Source: the human T2T-CHM13v2.0 reference genome, Homo sapiens. Taken from it: DNA of 64,000 nucleotides. The notes beneath the pieces were generated by a model, which did no database searches, had not been told where the DNA came from, and worked only from the letters and a program-made list of their open reading frames with translations. The translations under genes and the position numbers were made by a program. The stretch is taken from NCBI RefSeq assembly GCF_009914755.1, contig NC_060938.1. The stretch is one strand, 5' to 3'. This document shows positions 43,645 to 57,564 of the stretch, piece by piece. Numbering within the stretch: position 1 is the first letter of the stretch; each line of letters begins with the position of its first letter.

Positions 43645-43775
43645 AATTGGGTACTAGGCTCACTACCTGGGTGATGGGATAATTTGTATCCCAAACCTTA
43701 GCATCATGTAATATGCCCATGTAACAAACCTGCACATGTACCCCTGAAATCTAAAATAAAAGTTGAAATTATTTT
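43645..43775 (+). mobile_element. Very short L1PB/PA 3' end
   Basis: 'catgtaacaaacctgcacatgtacccctgaaatctaaaataaaagttg'. Confidence 0.85.
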
Positions 43776-43948
43776 AAAACCTTTTTTAAATTTTAGATGT
43801 TTCTATTGTCAATCCTCAAGCTCAGGAATTCTTTTCCAAACCATGTCCAGTCTACTAATAAGCCCATCAAAGTCATTCCTCATTTATGTTAGAGTTTTTG
43901 ATCTCCATTATTACTTTTTTATTCTTCCTTAGAATTTATATCTCTCTG

Positions 43949-44296
<348 letters not shown>

Positions 44297-44604
44297 CCTC
44301 TCTGCTTACATTTTTTTTATTTCTCCTTGCATGTTGTCTACCTTTTCAATAAACCTTTTAGCATATTAATCACAGTTTTTTTTAATTCCTTGTCTGATAA
44401 TCCCAACATTTCTGCCATATCTGAGCCTAGCCCTGATTCTTGTTCAGTCTCTTCTTTTTTGCCTTCAATGTGACTTGTAAATTTTACTGAAAGGCAGACA
44501 TGATGAACTGAGAAAAAAGAACAACAGTAAATCAGCCTTTAGTAATATAGTGGTAATGTGGGGGTGGGGTGGGGAAGCATTCTATAGTCCTGTGATTAGG
44601 TCTT

Positions 44605-44775
44605 TTTTTCATTTTCATTTTCATTTTTACTTCAATTTAAATTTTAGATACAGGGGGTACATGTACAGGTTTGTTACATAGGAATATTGCACGATGTTGA
44701 GGTTTGGGATATGGATCCCGTTACCAAGTTAGTGAGCATAGCACCAGATAGTTTTTCAATCCATTTCCACCCTCT
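44605..44775 (-). mobile_element. Very short L1PB 3' end
   Basis: 'cagggggtacatgtacaggtttgttacataggaatattgc'. Confidence 0.8.
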
Positions 44776-45842
44776 ATGACTAGGCCTTAATCTGTTAGTA
44801 AGCCTGTGGCCCTGCATTATGAACCTTACCAGTGCTTCTCAGTCCCCCACACACATCCCCTCCTCACCTTTAGCTGTGACAGGATGGCTAGAAGGGGCTG
44901 GAGTTAGGGACTTCTCTTCCCCTATGTGGAAGTCTGGAGCTGGATGTGGTTGGATGTTTTTCTTTCCCCAGCAAGATTAGGCTCAGCAGTTGAGGATCTG
45001 GTATAATAGTTTATCCTAAAGGCAGGCCTTGTTAAGAAGAACAGAATGCTCTGGCACATCCCAAAATGGTTGCTTTCCCTCTGCCTTTGCCAGAAGCATG
45101 AGAGGATTTTTCTCTGATACTTACTGTGAGAACCTGATCGAGCTCCTGGAGGCAAAACTCACAACAGTGTAGGGGCCTTTCTATGACTCGGTCTCCCTGG
45201 AGTTTTTAACTCTCAGACTTGGCCACCCTGAACCTCCAGCAATTCATGAATTACAGTTCAGTTTTCCTACCCCAGTACTGACTCCTCTGAAGATTCCTAC
45301 TCTGGTAAGTTGTGACTCTCTGTATCTGCCTATCTTTCCAATTTGGGAGGCGGTGGTTTTCCCTGTGACCTCACTTCTCTGTCAGATCTAAGACAGAGAT
45401 CTGTTGACTTTTAGTCTGTTTAGATTTTAACTAGTTAGGATGGAGTGGTGACTTCCAAGCTTCTTACATGTCAGACCAGAAATTTGAAGTTGACATGGTC
45501 TTATAAAAATTTATTTACCATCTCAAAGCCAAAAGGGCAAGAAACAAACAAATTCCTTGTCAAATTTGTAATTACCTAGAGAAAATTTGCAGAACGAGGA
45601 AGGGATGGTACAGCTGCAGGAAGTGAATTGGGACCTTGACCCACACCTGCTGCTGACTCTTCTATAGAACTTGCCAAAGTTCCAGAGGCGTGACTTAGGT
45701 GCTGTGGTAGAAATAAGACAGGATTGGGGTCCAGCCTATCCCAAGGACGGCTTTGGAAACTGCTTGCGGGGCTGGAGTGAGTCAATTAGGAGATGGTTAA
45801 GTAAGTTAACACCATAGTTTTCACCCACTTAAGATAGCATAG

Positions 45843-46228
45843 TGTGACAGAAACTGCTGGCTAACACCCCAAAAATTTATATTTCCCCTTCTGTAGTGTG
45901 CATTTGTTGCCAGGAGGTGACTGTTCAACCACAGACTTATTTCCTACTACTTCTTGCATGCAGGTGTGACCACGTAACTGGCTCTTACCAATGGAATGTT
46001 AGTAGAACTGATATGTTCCATTCCAGGATTTTCCATGGTTTGGATGCAGAAGACAGAGGAACCATGAGATGGAAGGAGCTCAAGAGTCTGAATTACCCTA
46101 AGTAAGACAACTCCCTGCTGAACAGTATTACACACATCAGACTGGTATATGGTGAAGAAATAAACTTTTACTATGTTAAGCCACTAAATGTTTGAGATTT
46201 ATTTATTATAGCAGCCCTAACTAATACA
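45843..46228 (+). mobile_element. MLT1 LTR
   Basis: Ends 'gaaataaacttttactatgttaagccact...atttattatagcagc...ctaatac a'. Confidence 0.7.
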
Positions 46229-47209
46229 GGATTACACTCATGGCCCAAGGGACAATAACCTACTCCTTATACTTTGCTATGAAGTAGAAAAGCATTTGGA
46301 AGTTTTCTAACTTGCGACACTTCAAAGGAAAAAGCAGTTAGGGAAAGGGTTTTAAGGAGTAGTTAACACATGCCAGGGCGAGTGTGAGTCTCAGAGTAAA
46401 TTATCTACTCTTTGTTTTTCTGATTTCCCATCATACTTCACTTCTGCAGGCAGGGAGTTGTGGGAAAGCGGGGAAGAAAAAGCAGCTGTATTCTTCCACA
46501 GGCGAATCTGAGGACAGGGATTTTATATTCCAGGGGTGGACCAGTAACTAAGACCACCAGATCAAGGAGTTTTCAATTATATGATCTGGGGGTGGGGGAG
46601 CGTGGACAGAGTTCATTCCCAAGTAACTACAACACCAAGCCATGAAATAACAGACAGCCGGGATGTGCAGAGAAGGCCAATGGGAAGCCCAGGCAGAGAC
46701 TTCACAGCACTTTGGAGGGTCATGGAAGGCTGAGGGAGAGGAGAGCTTTGGAAATTCTTTCTGAAGATGGAGAGCAATTTTGACAGAGGGCCAACTTTGA
46801 TGTGGAAGAAGGCTCAGTGAGAAAGTGGTGATTCTTTTAGACGTGGTGGTTCTTTTAGACATGGTCATTCTGTACCTCTATAAACCACTTTGCCACCTTT
46901 CAGATCCCTTTCACATGCCTTGCCTCCTCTCATGTTTGCTCATTACCATGAGCAGTAAACCTCCCTGTTCAATCTGCCACAAAACCTGTGAGATGGATAG
47001 AGACACAATATATGCACGTTGTTTCCTTATCTTCAGTTAAAAACTCACGTTTCTTTCTGTATGAAACGTGTATCTTCCAAAAGCCACTTAAATTTATTTA
47101 ACCATGCTAGTTCAATTGAATTACAGTGCTGCCAGTGGGTTTACTCTGCGTTGCCTTTGGTTATAAATTCTTCTGACTTCCTAATTCCCAAGTCAGATAT
47201 GAAACATTA

Positions 47210-47518
<309 letters not shown>

Positions 47519-48431
47519 AAGAATATATATAAAAATCAGACCAATTACTTCACATGGGATTGGAAGCCTTTGGCGGACTCTGTCCAACTAATCCAGTCAA
47601 CATTTCTCCCCCTAACTAATGAGCAGCCTTGGCTCTCAGGTCAAGAAAAGACAGGTGTAAAATTAACCAGTCTATAGAAATAAATATAGTAATGTATTCT
47701 AATTAGGTCTATAACCCCTAATGGGACACCTTCTAGCCCAATAAGCTTTAGTATTTGGAGGATCCCTTCCACATTGAGAGACTTGAGAAGAAAGAGCCAT
47801 AGCTGAGGCCTCTAGGAACATTTTTACATCAAATGTATAGATTACATTTGTTATTTTAAAAATGGCTTTTTATAACAAATGAACAGTGATATTTTACATG
47901 AAACATACGTACACATCATTGAAAGGAAGAACAATTGAAGATGATTTCATGTTAATGTGTTCTCCTATTATTTTAGACACTCACCATCTTCAGAGCAAAC
48001 TTTGTACTCTTTTCACATTTTTGTTACAATGTTTATTTCAGGAGATTGTTCATCTCACTGAACCAGAACACACATCCACTTGGTAAATGCTCAGATAGTG
48101 GTTAAGTTCACTAGCACCCATGGCAATGATAGCACGGAAACCAGACAAAATCCAGAGTTGAGCTGGCTATTGTCTATTAGAATCCAAGTCAATATTGTGT
48201 ACCATGCAGAGGGATAAGAAGGCAGGAAAGGGCAGGGCAGGTGTAGTATCAAGACACTGGAAGTCATTCTCGTGACAGGCAACCAGGATCAGAAAAGGGC
48301 TAAACCTGGGCTTCATCCTCCTTCCACAACATGCTAGCTGTATTATCTTGGGCAGTTATTTTACCTTTTGAAACCTTGGCTTTTTCATCTCTAAAGCTGG
48401 AGTGATAATAGTACCTAAGGTCCTTAGACCA

Positions 48432-48857
48432 GTATATTAGTTTGCTATGGTTGCCATGGCAAGGAACCACAAATTGGTTGGCTTAAACAACAAAAATGGA
48501 TTGTCGCCCAGTTCTGGAGGTTAGAAATCTGAAATCAAAGTGTCAGCAGGATTGGTTCCTTCTGAGAGCTGAGGGAAGCATCTGTTCAGGCCTTTCTCCT
48601 TGGCCTGCTGGCAGCCATCTTCTCCCTGTCTTCCCTTCATGTGGGTCTGTATCTCTGTTCAAATTTCCCTTTTTTATAAAAATTCCAGTCACACTGGATT
48701 ACGGGCCCACTACTATTTTAGTATGACCTCGTCTGAACTAATTACATCTGCAATGACCCTATTTCCAGATTAGGTCACGTTCTGAGCTGCTGGAGGTTAA
48801 AATTTCAATGTTATTTCAACAATTTAGGTTGGGGAAGGCAAAATTCAACCCGCAACA
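48432..48857 (-). mobile_element. MLT1 (C/D-like) LTR
   Basis: 'tggcttaaacaacaaaaat...cagttctggaggttagaaatctgaaatcaaagtgtcagcagg...aattacatctgcaatgaccctatttcca'. Confidence 0.85.
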
Positions 48858-49137
48858 ACCACTTTGCAAAAAATGTTAACTGCTGATTTCTTATGATTAC
48901 CCCAGTGTTTTGGGGTTGGAGTTTCAGGCCACAAGGACAGTTCTTGCTAGCTTGACGGCCAATGGAGGAGGGCTGTAGCCAAACTGCCATCTGTGTCAGG
49001 CTCTGCTGCTAGATGAGATCTTTGATTCTGAATCACACATGCCTGGTCAATGGATCCCACTGCAGGGTGCAACCCTCTGGGCCAGGTCACAGGGAGCTAT
49101 AGGATGTTCAAAATTTTTTTAATTTTGTTTTCTGGGT

Positions 49138-49265
49138 CAGTGATTCTCAAACTTCAGTGGGCATACACCCAGAGAGGTTATTAAAAATGCAGGTGCCTGA
49201 AATAGAGCCCTGAAGTTTCTAATTCAGCAGAATCCATCTGAGATAGGGCCCAGGAATTCATATCA
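49138..49265. mobile_element. MER5-like hAT fragment
   Basis: 'cagtgattctcaaactt...ttaaaaatgcag...gggcccaggaatt'. Confidence 0.6.
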
Positions 49266-50173
49266 CTACTTTCCCCTTCCACACCCAAAGAAGACACCAT
49301 TAACCAATTATAGAACTCTGTTCAACCTAGTAATGACTACAGAATCCTTCTCAACACGGTACCCCATACAACTACTACTAATTGATGGTGAGATGAAATC
49401 AGCTAGCCATTTCTGCCTAAGCCTTAGAGCAGGTCTGTGTTTCCTAGGGCGAAGGAGGAGTCACACAGTCTACACAAGACCCTTTATTACTGATGCCTGA
49501 AAGAAATGCTATAACTTTTGCACAGATTCAGGGTTCTCTCTGTCCTCCTCTTCCTCTGCTCTGTGTTCTGTTGGATAGATGACAGCACAGTGAAATGTAA
49601 AGTCAGACCAACTATATTAAGCACCTTAATCAAATCTCTGGAATGGACAATTTAGGCCTGGGCAACCGAGATCTTGACACTGGCTAGTTCTGTGACCTTG
49701 GGAAGTGTCTCTGGACTTTGATTTCTACATTTGTAAAATGTGGCATTAGGCTAGATGAGCTATCAGTTCCCTTCTTCCTCTAACATAGCTGATTCTGAGT
49801 GCTGGGATTAGTAAAAATCCAGGGAGATGAACTGTGTTGTCCAGCATTCTAAGAAAATAAAAGTTAAAGACCTCAATGAAGTAGATTTAATGGGAAAATT
49901 TGCGTTTGAGTGCCTACTAAGAGGCAAAAGCTTTATATGCTTTATGATATCTCACTTCATCCCTATGAGCTATGGTAGGTGCCGTTGTATCTATTTTTCA
50001 GGTGAGAGAACAGTGGCTTAGAAAGGTTGAATTAACTTGGCCAAGATGATGCATCTAATAAGAAAAGGCTCTAGAATTCAAGGTTTTTTTTAACCTCAAA
50101 GTCTATTTTTCATATAATCAGTTTCAAAATCCTTCAAACACGTTCTCAAAGTGTATTTAAGATTAGGAGCCTG

Positions 50174-50255
50174 TATGAGATTGATTCATATGAAATTACC
50201 AATATTCAGTCATTTTTGTCCTATGTAAATGGCAGTTTCAAAAGTTCAGCCTAAT
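50174..50255. mobile_element. MADE2-like mariner MITE (about 80 bp, palindromic)
   Basis: 'catatgaaattaccaatatt...catttttgtcct...aaatggcagtttca...gttcagcctaat' resembles the recalled MADE2 consensus. Confidence 0.75.
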
Positions 50256-50799
50256 CATTCATTCACATGTGACCCTGTAGACTGACTATTCTTCAGTGGA
50301 TTTACTTTGCTCACTGACATTCCTCCACGCACTCAGCCACCCAGGTGAACTGATCCTGGCTGGTCACTCAGTCCTGAAGTGTATCAAGCTTGGCAGGGCA
50401 TTCAGGAATATCCCTAGCTCCTGGAAATACAGAATTCTATCCAACCAACAATGTACAAAATAGCTGAAGTCCCTGTCTCAACTTTCTTGAAATCTATGAA
50501 GGAAATCCAAGTATAAATCCCTAGCCAACCACACTACTTTCCCATTTCACATCAGCTCCAAAGCCTCCTTCTCAATGCTTTTATTTCCCTCTTCTCTCTC
50601 TCCTGTTCCCTAGTTCTCTGTTTTGTGGATTGACTTAGATCTTTAGAAAGGATCTTCCCTCTTTAGTTGGAGAAGAGGAGAAGAATTGAGCTACCCATCT
50701 GAGGATTCTCAATAGAAAGCTGGAAGAAAGTGGATGTTTTGGACATCACTATCTGTCTTAGTCCATTTTGTGTTGCTGTAAAGAAATACTTGAGGCTAG

Positions 50800-51168
50800 T
50801 GATATGGTTCGGCTGTGTCCCCACCCAAATCTTATCTAGAGTTGTAACTCCCACAATTCCCACGTGTAGTGGGAGGAACCCAGTGGCAGGCGATTGAGTT
50901 ATGGGGGTGGGTCTTTCCTGTGCTGTTCTCATAATAGTGAATGAGTCTCACAAGATCTGATGGTTTTAAAAATGGGAGTTTCCCTGTACAGGCTCTCTCT
51001 TTGCCTGCTGCCATCCATGTAAGATGTGACTTGCTCCTCCTTGCCTTCAGCCATGATTGTGAGGCCTCACCAGCCATGTGGAACTGTAAGTCCATTAAAC
51101 CTCTTTCTTTTGTAAATTGCCCAATCTCAGGTATGTCTTCATCAGCAGTGTGAGAATGAACCAATACA
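50800..51168 (+). mobile_element. THE1 solo LTR
   Basis: TGATATGGTTCGGCTGTGTCCCCACCCAAATCT...AATACA. TSD gctag/gctgg. Confidence 0.93.
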
Positions 51169-51392
51169 GCTGGGTAATTTATAAAGAAAAGAAGTTTGTT
51201 TGGCCCATGGGTCTGCAGACTGTATAAGAAGTATGACACCAGCATCCATCTGCTTGCCTTCTGGTGACAGCTTGTCTACTCGTGGCTGAAGGCAAAGGGG
51301 AGCCCTGTGTACAGAGATAACATGCAAAAGAGAGAGAGAAAAGGGTGATGGGGGCATGCCAGGCTCATTCTCTTTACTTTCCTCTTTCTTTC

Positions 51393-51685
51393 TTTTTTTT
51401 TTTTTAAGGCGGAGACTCGCTCTGTCACCCAGGCTGGGGTGCAATGGCGCTATCTCAGCTCACTGCAAGCTCCGCCTCCCGGGTTCACACCATTTTCCTG
51501 CCTCAGCCTCCTGAGTAGCTGGGACTAGAGGTGCCTGCCACCACACCCAGCTAATTTTTGTATTTTTAGTAGAGACAGGGTTTCACCGTGTTAGCCAGGA
51601 TGGTCTTGATCTCCTGACCTTGAGATCTGCCCGCCTCAGCCTCCCAAAGTGCTGGGATTACAGGTGTTAGCCACCAAGCCCAGCC
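51393..51685 (-). mobile_element. AluY
   Basis: Diagnostic 'gcaagctccgcctcccgggttcacaccatt' and 'caccgtgttagccaggatggtc'. Confidence 0.95.
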
Positions 51686-51739
51686 TACTTTTTTCTTTCT
51701 TTCTTCCTTCCTTCCTTTCTTTCTTTTTTTTCTCTTTCT

Positions 51740-51992
51740 TCCTTTTCTTTTTGAGATAGGGTCTCACTGGAGTGCAGTGGTGTGATAATAGCTCACTGCA
51801 GCCTCAAACTCCTGGACTCAAGCAAGTTATGTGCCACAATGCCTGTTATTTTTGTTTGTTTGTTTTTGTTTTTTTTAAGAGACAAAGTATCACTATGTTG
51901 CCCCGGCTGGTCTTGAACTTCTGGCCTCAAGCAATCCTCCTGTCTTGGCCTCCCAAATTGCTGCGATTACAGGCACAGCCATCATGCCTGGC
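51740..51992 (-). mobile_element. AluJ-like with internal deletions
   Basis: 'atagctcactgcagcctcaaactcctggactcaag...gtcttgaacttctggcctcaagcaatcctcc'. Confidence 0.85.
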
Positions 51993-52406
51993 CACGAGGC
52001 TCTTTTTAACAAGCTCTCGCAGGAACTAATAAAGTGAGAATTCACTCATCCCGCACCCTCCCACCCCAGAGAAGCCATCAGTCTATTAATGAGGGATTCA
52101 CTCCCATAGGCCCCACTTCCATTAGGCCCCACCTCCTACACTGGGGATCAAATTTCAACATGAGATTTGAAGGGCACAAATATCCGAACTATAGCACCAT
52201 TTTTATAATGTCTGCCTTGTAATACAGACTTCAGGTTGGTTTGTTGTTTGTTTTTCACATACATTCTTCTCAGCCTATGTGGAGCCCCAAATAATGAAGA
52301 GTTTTTTTGAATAAGAACTTACTCCCAGTGGTATATTTTCTACATTTTGGGAGACTGGTTGACCTCAAAGACCGAGATTAGGCAAGAACAGATTCTCCTA
52401 AGAAAT

Positions 52407-52481
52407 GGGAAGGAAAGAAGGAAGGAAGGAAGGAAGGGAGGGAGGGAGGGAGGGAGGGAGGGAGGGAGGAAGGAAGGAAGG
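52407..52481. repeat. (GGAA)/(GGGA)n purine tract
   Basis: Read directly. The GGGA run fits a G-quadruplex pattern. Confidence 0.9.
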
Positions 52482-54366
52482 ATGACAGGCAGGAGAGTCC
52501 TGGAGTAAATAGAATAGAGAAACACTTAAGTAGAATGTTCTGAACTAAGCTTGAAGGAGCTTTTTTTTTTTTTTAATAAAAATGGCAGAATAGCATTTAT
52601 TCACATTTTTAACAGGTTAATTTGTGTCATACTACAAGTGTATAGACATACCTGAGTTGGCTTGTTATTATAACACTTACATCCAAATTTAAACAATACA
52701 TAAAAAAACCCACTAGTTTAAATCTTACACAAGGTACACAATTTGTATTCACAAAGTGTTCACTCTTGTCACCACCATCTCTTCTTCCTCGTGTATCTCA
52801 GCCTCTATCATGTGCCACTTCCTGGGCATTTACTTAGCACTTGCCCCTTTACAGGGGCTTTTGTCTTTTCTTTTTAGAGACAGTATGGCATACACAGATC
52901 ACTTTTGTGCCTGAATCACCATCTACGAGTTCTGTAAATGTGGGCACATTTTTTAGTATCTTTATGTATCAGTTCCCGTATGTGTAAAATGAGAGTGGTT
53001 CACACTACCTGGCAGAATGGTTGACAGTATTAAGTAAGTAAATGCTACAGAGGCCATGGCTATCCCACATCAGACACTCAAAACAGGCCAGCTACCATTT
53101 TTACAAATAAACCGTAAAGCCCTGGAGGCAGAGCCTCTGTCACTAACCTTTTTACACCCCTAGCACCTCTCCCAGTGTTCAGCACGTGCTCTACAAATGT
53201 TTGCTGTGGCAGGGCTCTGGCTGCCAAACATTAGGCTATTTCTATGGTTTTATTAGAAAGTTTTGTTGCCTACTTTCACCGAGGAAATTTACAAGCAGAT
53301 GTCACATGGAACTTCTTTTTTCCATCACTTACACAGTCACGCAAACACATTCACACAGACTTTTCCCACTTCCAACTGGTGCTAGTTGAAACTTATGCAC
53401 ATTTACTAAAGGGGGAAACAACCTTCTGAGGAGTAAGGCAGTGATAAAAAAGCAACCTGATACTAGAAAGCAAGTTGGGGGGGAATTTATATGTATATGT
53501 GCCACTGCTTTTCATGGTCTTGCACACTGTAAGTGAGGTATGAGAAAATCCCTAATAAACCTTACAATTAATATGATTTCCTTCTTTGGGGAAGATATCT
53601 TTACCATTCCTTTTATAAAAAGGAATATAACAATGAAGTAGGGTTGGGGGGGGGTGGATATATATAGCCAAAGGCACAGTGATGCCTTAGAGAGGGGATG
53701 AAAAGTTGAATGACTCACACACCCTTGGCCGACTTGGAGAAGATATCACCAGTGTTTCCAAAAGATGTGCCCAATGTATGTCCTTCCCTCACCTGAAGTG
53801 GAGCCTGCGATTCCAAAGCTGCCCTCTGGTCTCCTTTTCTGTCCTGCTGAGTAGAGGAGATGCAACGCTGAAATAAGCCACAGACTTAGAAAATAAAAAG
53901 AAGCACAGCCAAGTGACCAGACTTAAGAATGAAGGCCACATTCCCCAAAGCCATTGTTCCAACCTTACTTAAAGGTGCAGCATATGTGACCTGCCTCAGA
54001 GATGGCCCCTGCAAGTGACACCCCACTGACACTACATGAAGGTTTGGCTGGGTCAGCCGTCCCTGTGGATCAAGGTTTGCCAATCTGCAAGCTGTCCTGT
54101 TTCTGATAAAAGGAACAAACTTCCTGGAAGTGGTAGCTATTAAAGCTTGATCATAACAATGCCTGCCTTAGGGGTAAGACTGTAGTTTTAGAAAGGGTGT
54201 CATATACACATTTCCTTGCGTCTCAAAAGATCTAGGTCATAACTAGAGGCTTCTCCTGGTGGTTCAAAGGGACTCAAGGTTTAGAGACACTTGATCTCAT
54301 AGTCGCCACTCTAGAATTTTCTGACTGGTTACCTTTGTCTGGAAAACTTTTGCCCTCATTGTCTGA

Positions 54367-55960
<1,594 letters not shown>

Positions 55961-56246
55961 TTTTCCAGGGAAAAAGTATTGAAATGTAAGTAGTCTTGAG
56001 CTGTAAGAGATTGTGAACCCCTGCAAGGGTGGTGGGCCTGGACTGAAAGAGATATGGTAATCAGAGTTCTGCAAGAGTAGCTTCTATTTTCCATCTGCTA
56101 TATTCTCCTCAATGGCTGGCCAAACAAATTGTTCTATTACCTTGGCCTCTCTTTGTCCAGTGGTCAAGGTGAAATAATAAATGAAAGATGAGTAAACTAA
56201 GCAAAAGAATATGAAAATATAATACCTTTCATCTTAAATACGGCAT

Positions 56247-56366
56247 TTAAACATTAAAATGTTTCTTCTAAACATTTTAGAAGAAATGTTTGGGAAAACC
56301 CAAACATTTATTTGGGTTTTCCCAATAAGCTGGCTACCCTCTTACAGCACCTTAGAGCGGGAGAGA
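56247..56366 (+). repeat. Left arm of the 120-bp inverted repeat
   Basis: Reverse complement of 57445-57564 at 117/120 positions (aligned by hand). Confidence 0.95.
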
Positions 56367-57444
56367 ACTTGACAGGGTTAAGTTCACCAAGAAGCAAAGA
56401 ACCATTAGTGTTCAGGAGATACTGACACTAAAACCTGTAGCTGTTGAGTAGTGTCCCTCACTTTTGTATCTAACCTTTACAAAATCCTCTCACACCTACC
56501 ACTTCTTTAGTAAATGCAGACTTGATGGACCCAACTCTCACCAAACTTCCTTAACCACGGTCATTACCAGAACATCCAGAGTTTCTTGTAAGGTGAAAAA
56601 CTGAATTATTGAAGACAGGAAAAGACATTGTATTATCTTCTTTCTCCAGAAGAAAGCCGCATGTTATAAAATGTCAGACAGCATGAAACAAAGATACACA
56701 TCAAATGAATGAAAACTCCCCTCAGTCAGCATAGGGCTGAATAAGAGTGAATCTCCCAACACGCATCTAGACCCTGAGCTCTCACAGAAGCTTTGGGATG
56801 GGTGTCATCAACACCGACAGTCTGGGTGCTTTTTTTCCCTTCACAGAAACAAGAGTTCTTTTAGGAAGAACCCCTAGCAACCTACTTTTCTTAGACTTTT
56901 CAGAGAGAGCATGTTTCATAAAGGGATAGGGGAAGATTGGCCATATTTTTCACCTCTAAAAAAACTTCCTCTCCAAGATGGTGGTGTTAGCAAAACTCCC
57001 TGTGCAGAACATTCGCTTCTCAACTCTAATTATAGATCTGAAATTCAGGCAAAATGAAAACAAAGAGATTCTGGAGGAGCCACAAGAAAGTGTCACAAGT
57101 TAATTCAGTGTGATTTCCTTCCTTGCCTTCTTGTTCACAAGAGATCATTGAGCAAGAAGGAACTGCATCAGTTTCATACAGATTAACGTGGACAGACCCA
57201 GGCTAAGGAAAATTGTGAGGCAGAATTTATTCTTGGGGGATGCTTGGCATCTTCTGACTTCCTTGCATCCCTCTGGCAGCAACAACATTCCCTATTGCAC
57301 AGTGTTCCATTAACCTCTTACCTCTCCCTGTGCCAGTTGCTCATTGTCTCTGACTCTGACCACCACCACGTGGAAACACCAGGCATCATCCAGATTTTTG
57401 ATTCATCACTCACTTCTCTGCCCTATGAAAACTTCCTCATTGTC

Positions 57445-57564
57445 TCTCTCCCGCTCTAAGGTGCCGTAAGAGGGTAGCCAGCTTATTGGGAAAACCCAGA
57501 TAAATGTTTGGGTTTTCCCAAACATTTCTTCTAAAATGTTTAGAACAAACATTTTAATGTTTAA
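57445..57564 (-). repeat. Right arm of the 120-bp inverted repeat
   Basis: Reverse complement of 56247-56366 at 117/120 positions. Confidence 0.95.

Larger units (their letters stand above)
50754..52196 (-). mobile_element. MST-family solo LTR fragmented by THE1 and two Alus
   Basis: Starts tgtcttagtccatttt, resumes at 51169 (gctgggtaatttataaag) and approx. 51995, and ends aactatagca. Confidence 0.85.

Noticed and set aside
46824-46871. 18-bp tandem repeat gtggtgrttcttttagac (about 2.6 copies); also a 13-bp duplication at 3218-3243
   Set aside because: Ordinary slippage duplications with no further structure.
50174-50255. Hairpin as a novel miRNA precursor
   Set aside because: Explained by a degenerate palindromic MADE2 MITE.
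56247-57564. piggyBac-type transposon (TTAA ends plus long terminal inverted repeats)
   Set aside because: The ends inside the TTAA do not begin with the piggyBac CCY motif and there is no transposase remnant. TTAA is palindromic, so it appears at both ends automatically as part of the inverted repeat.
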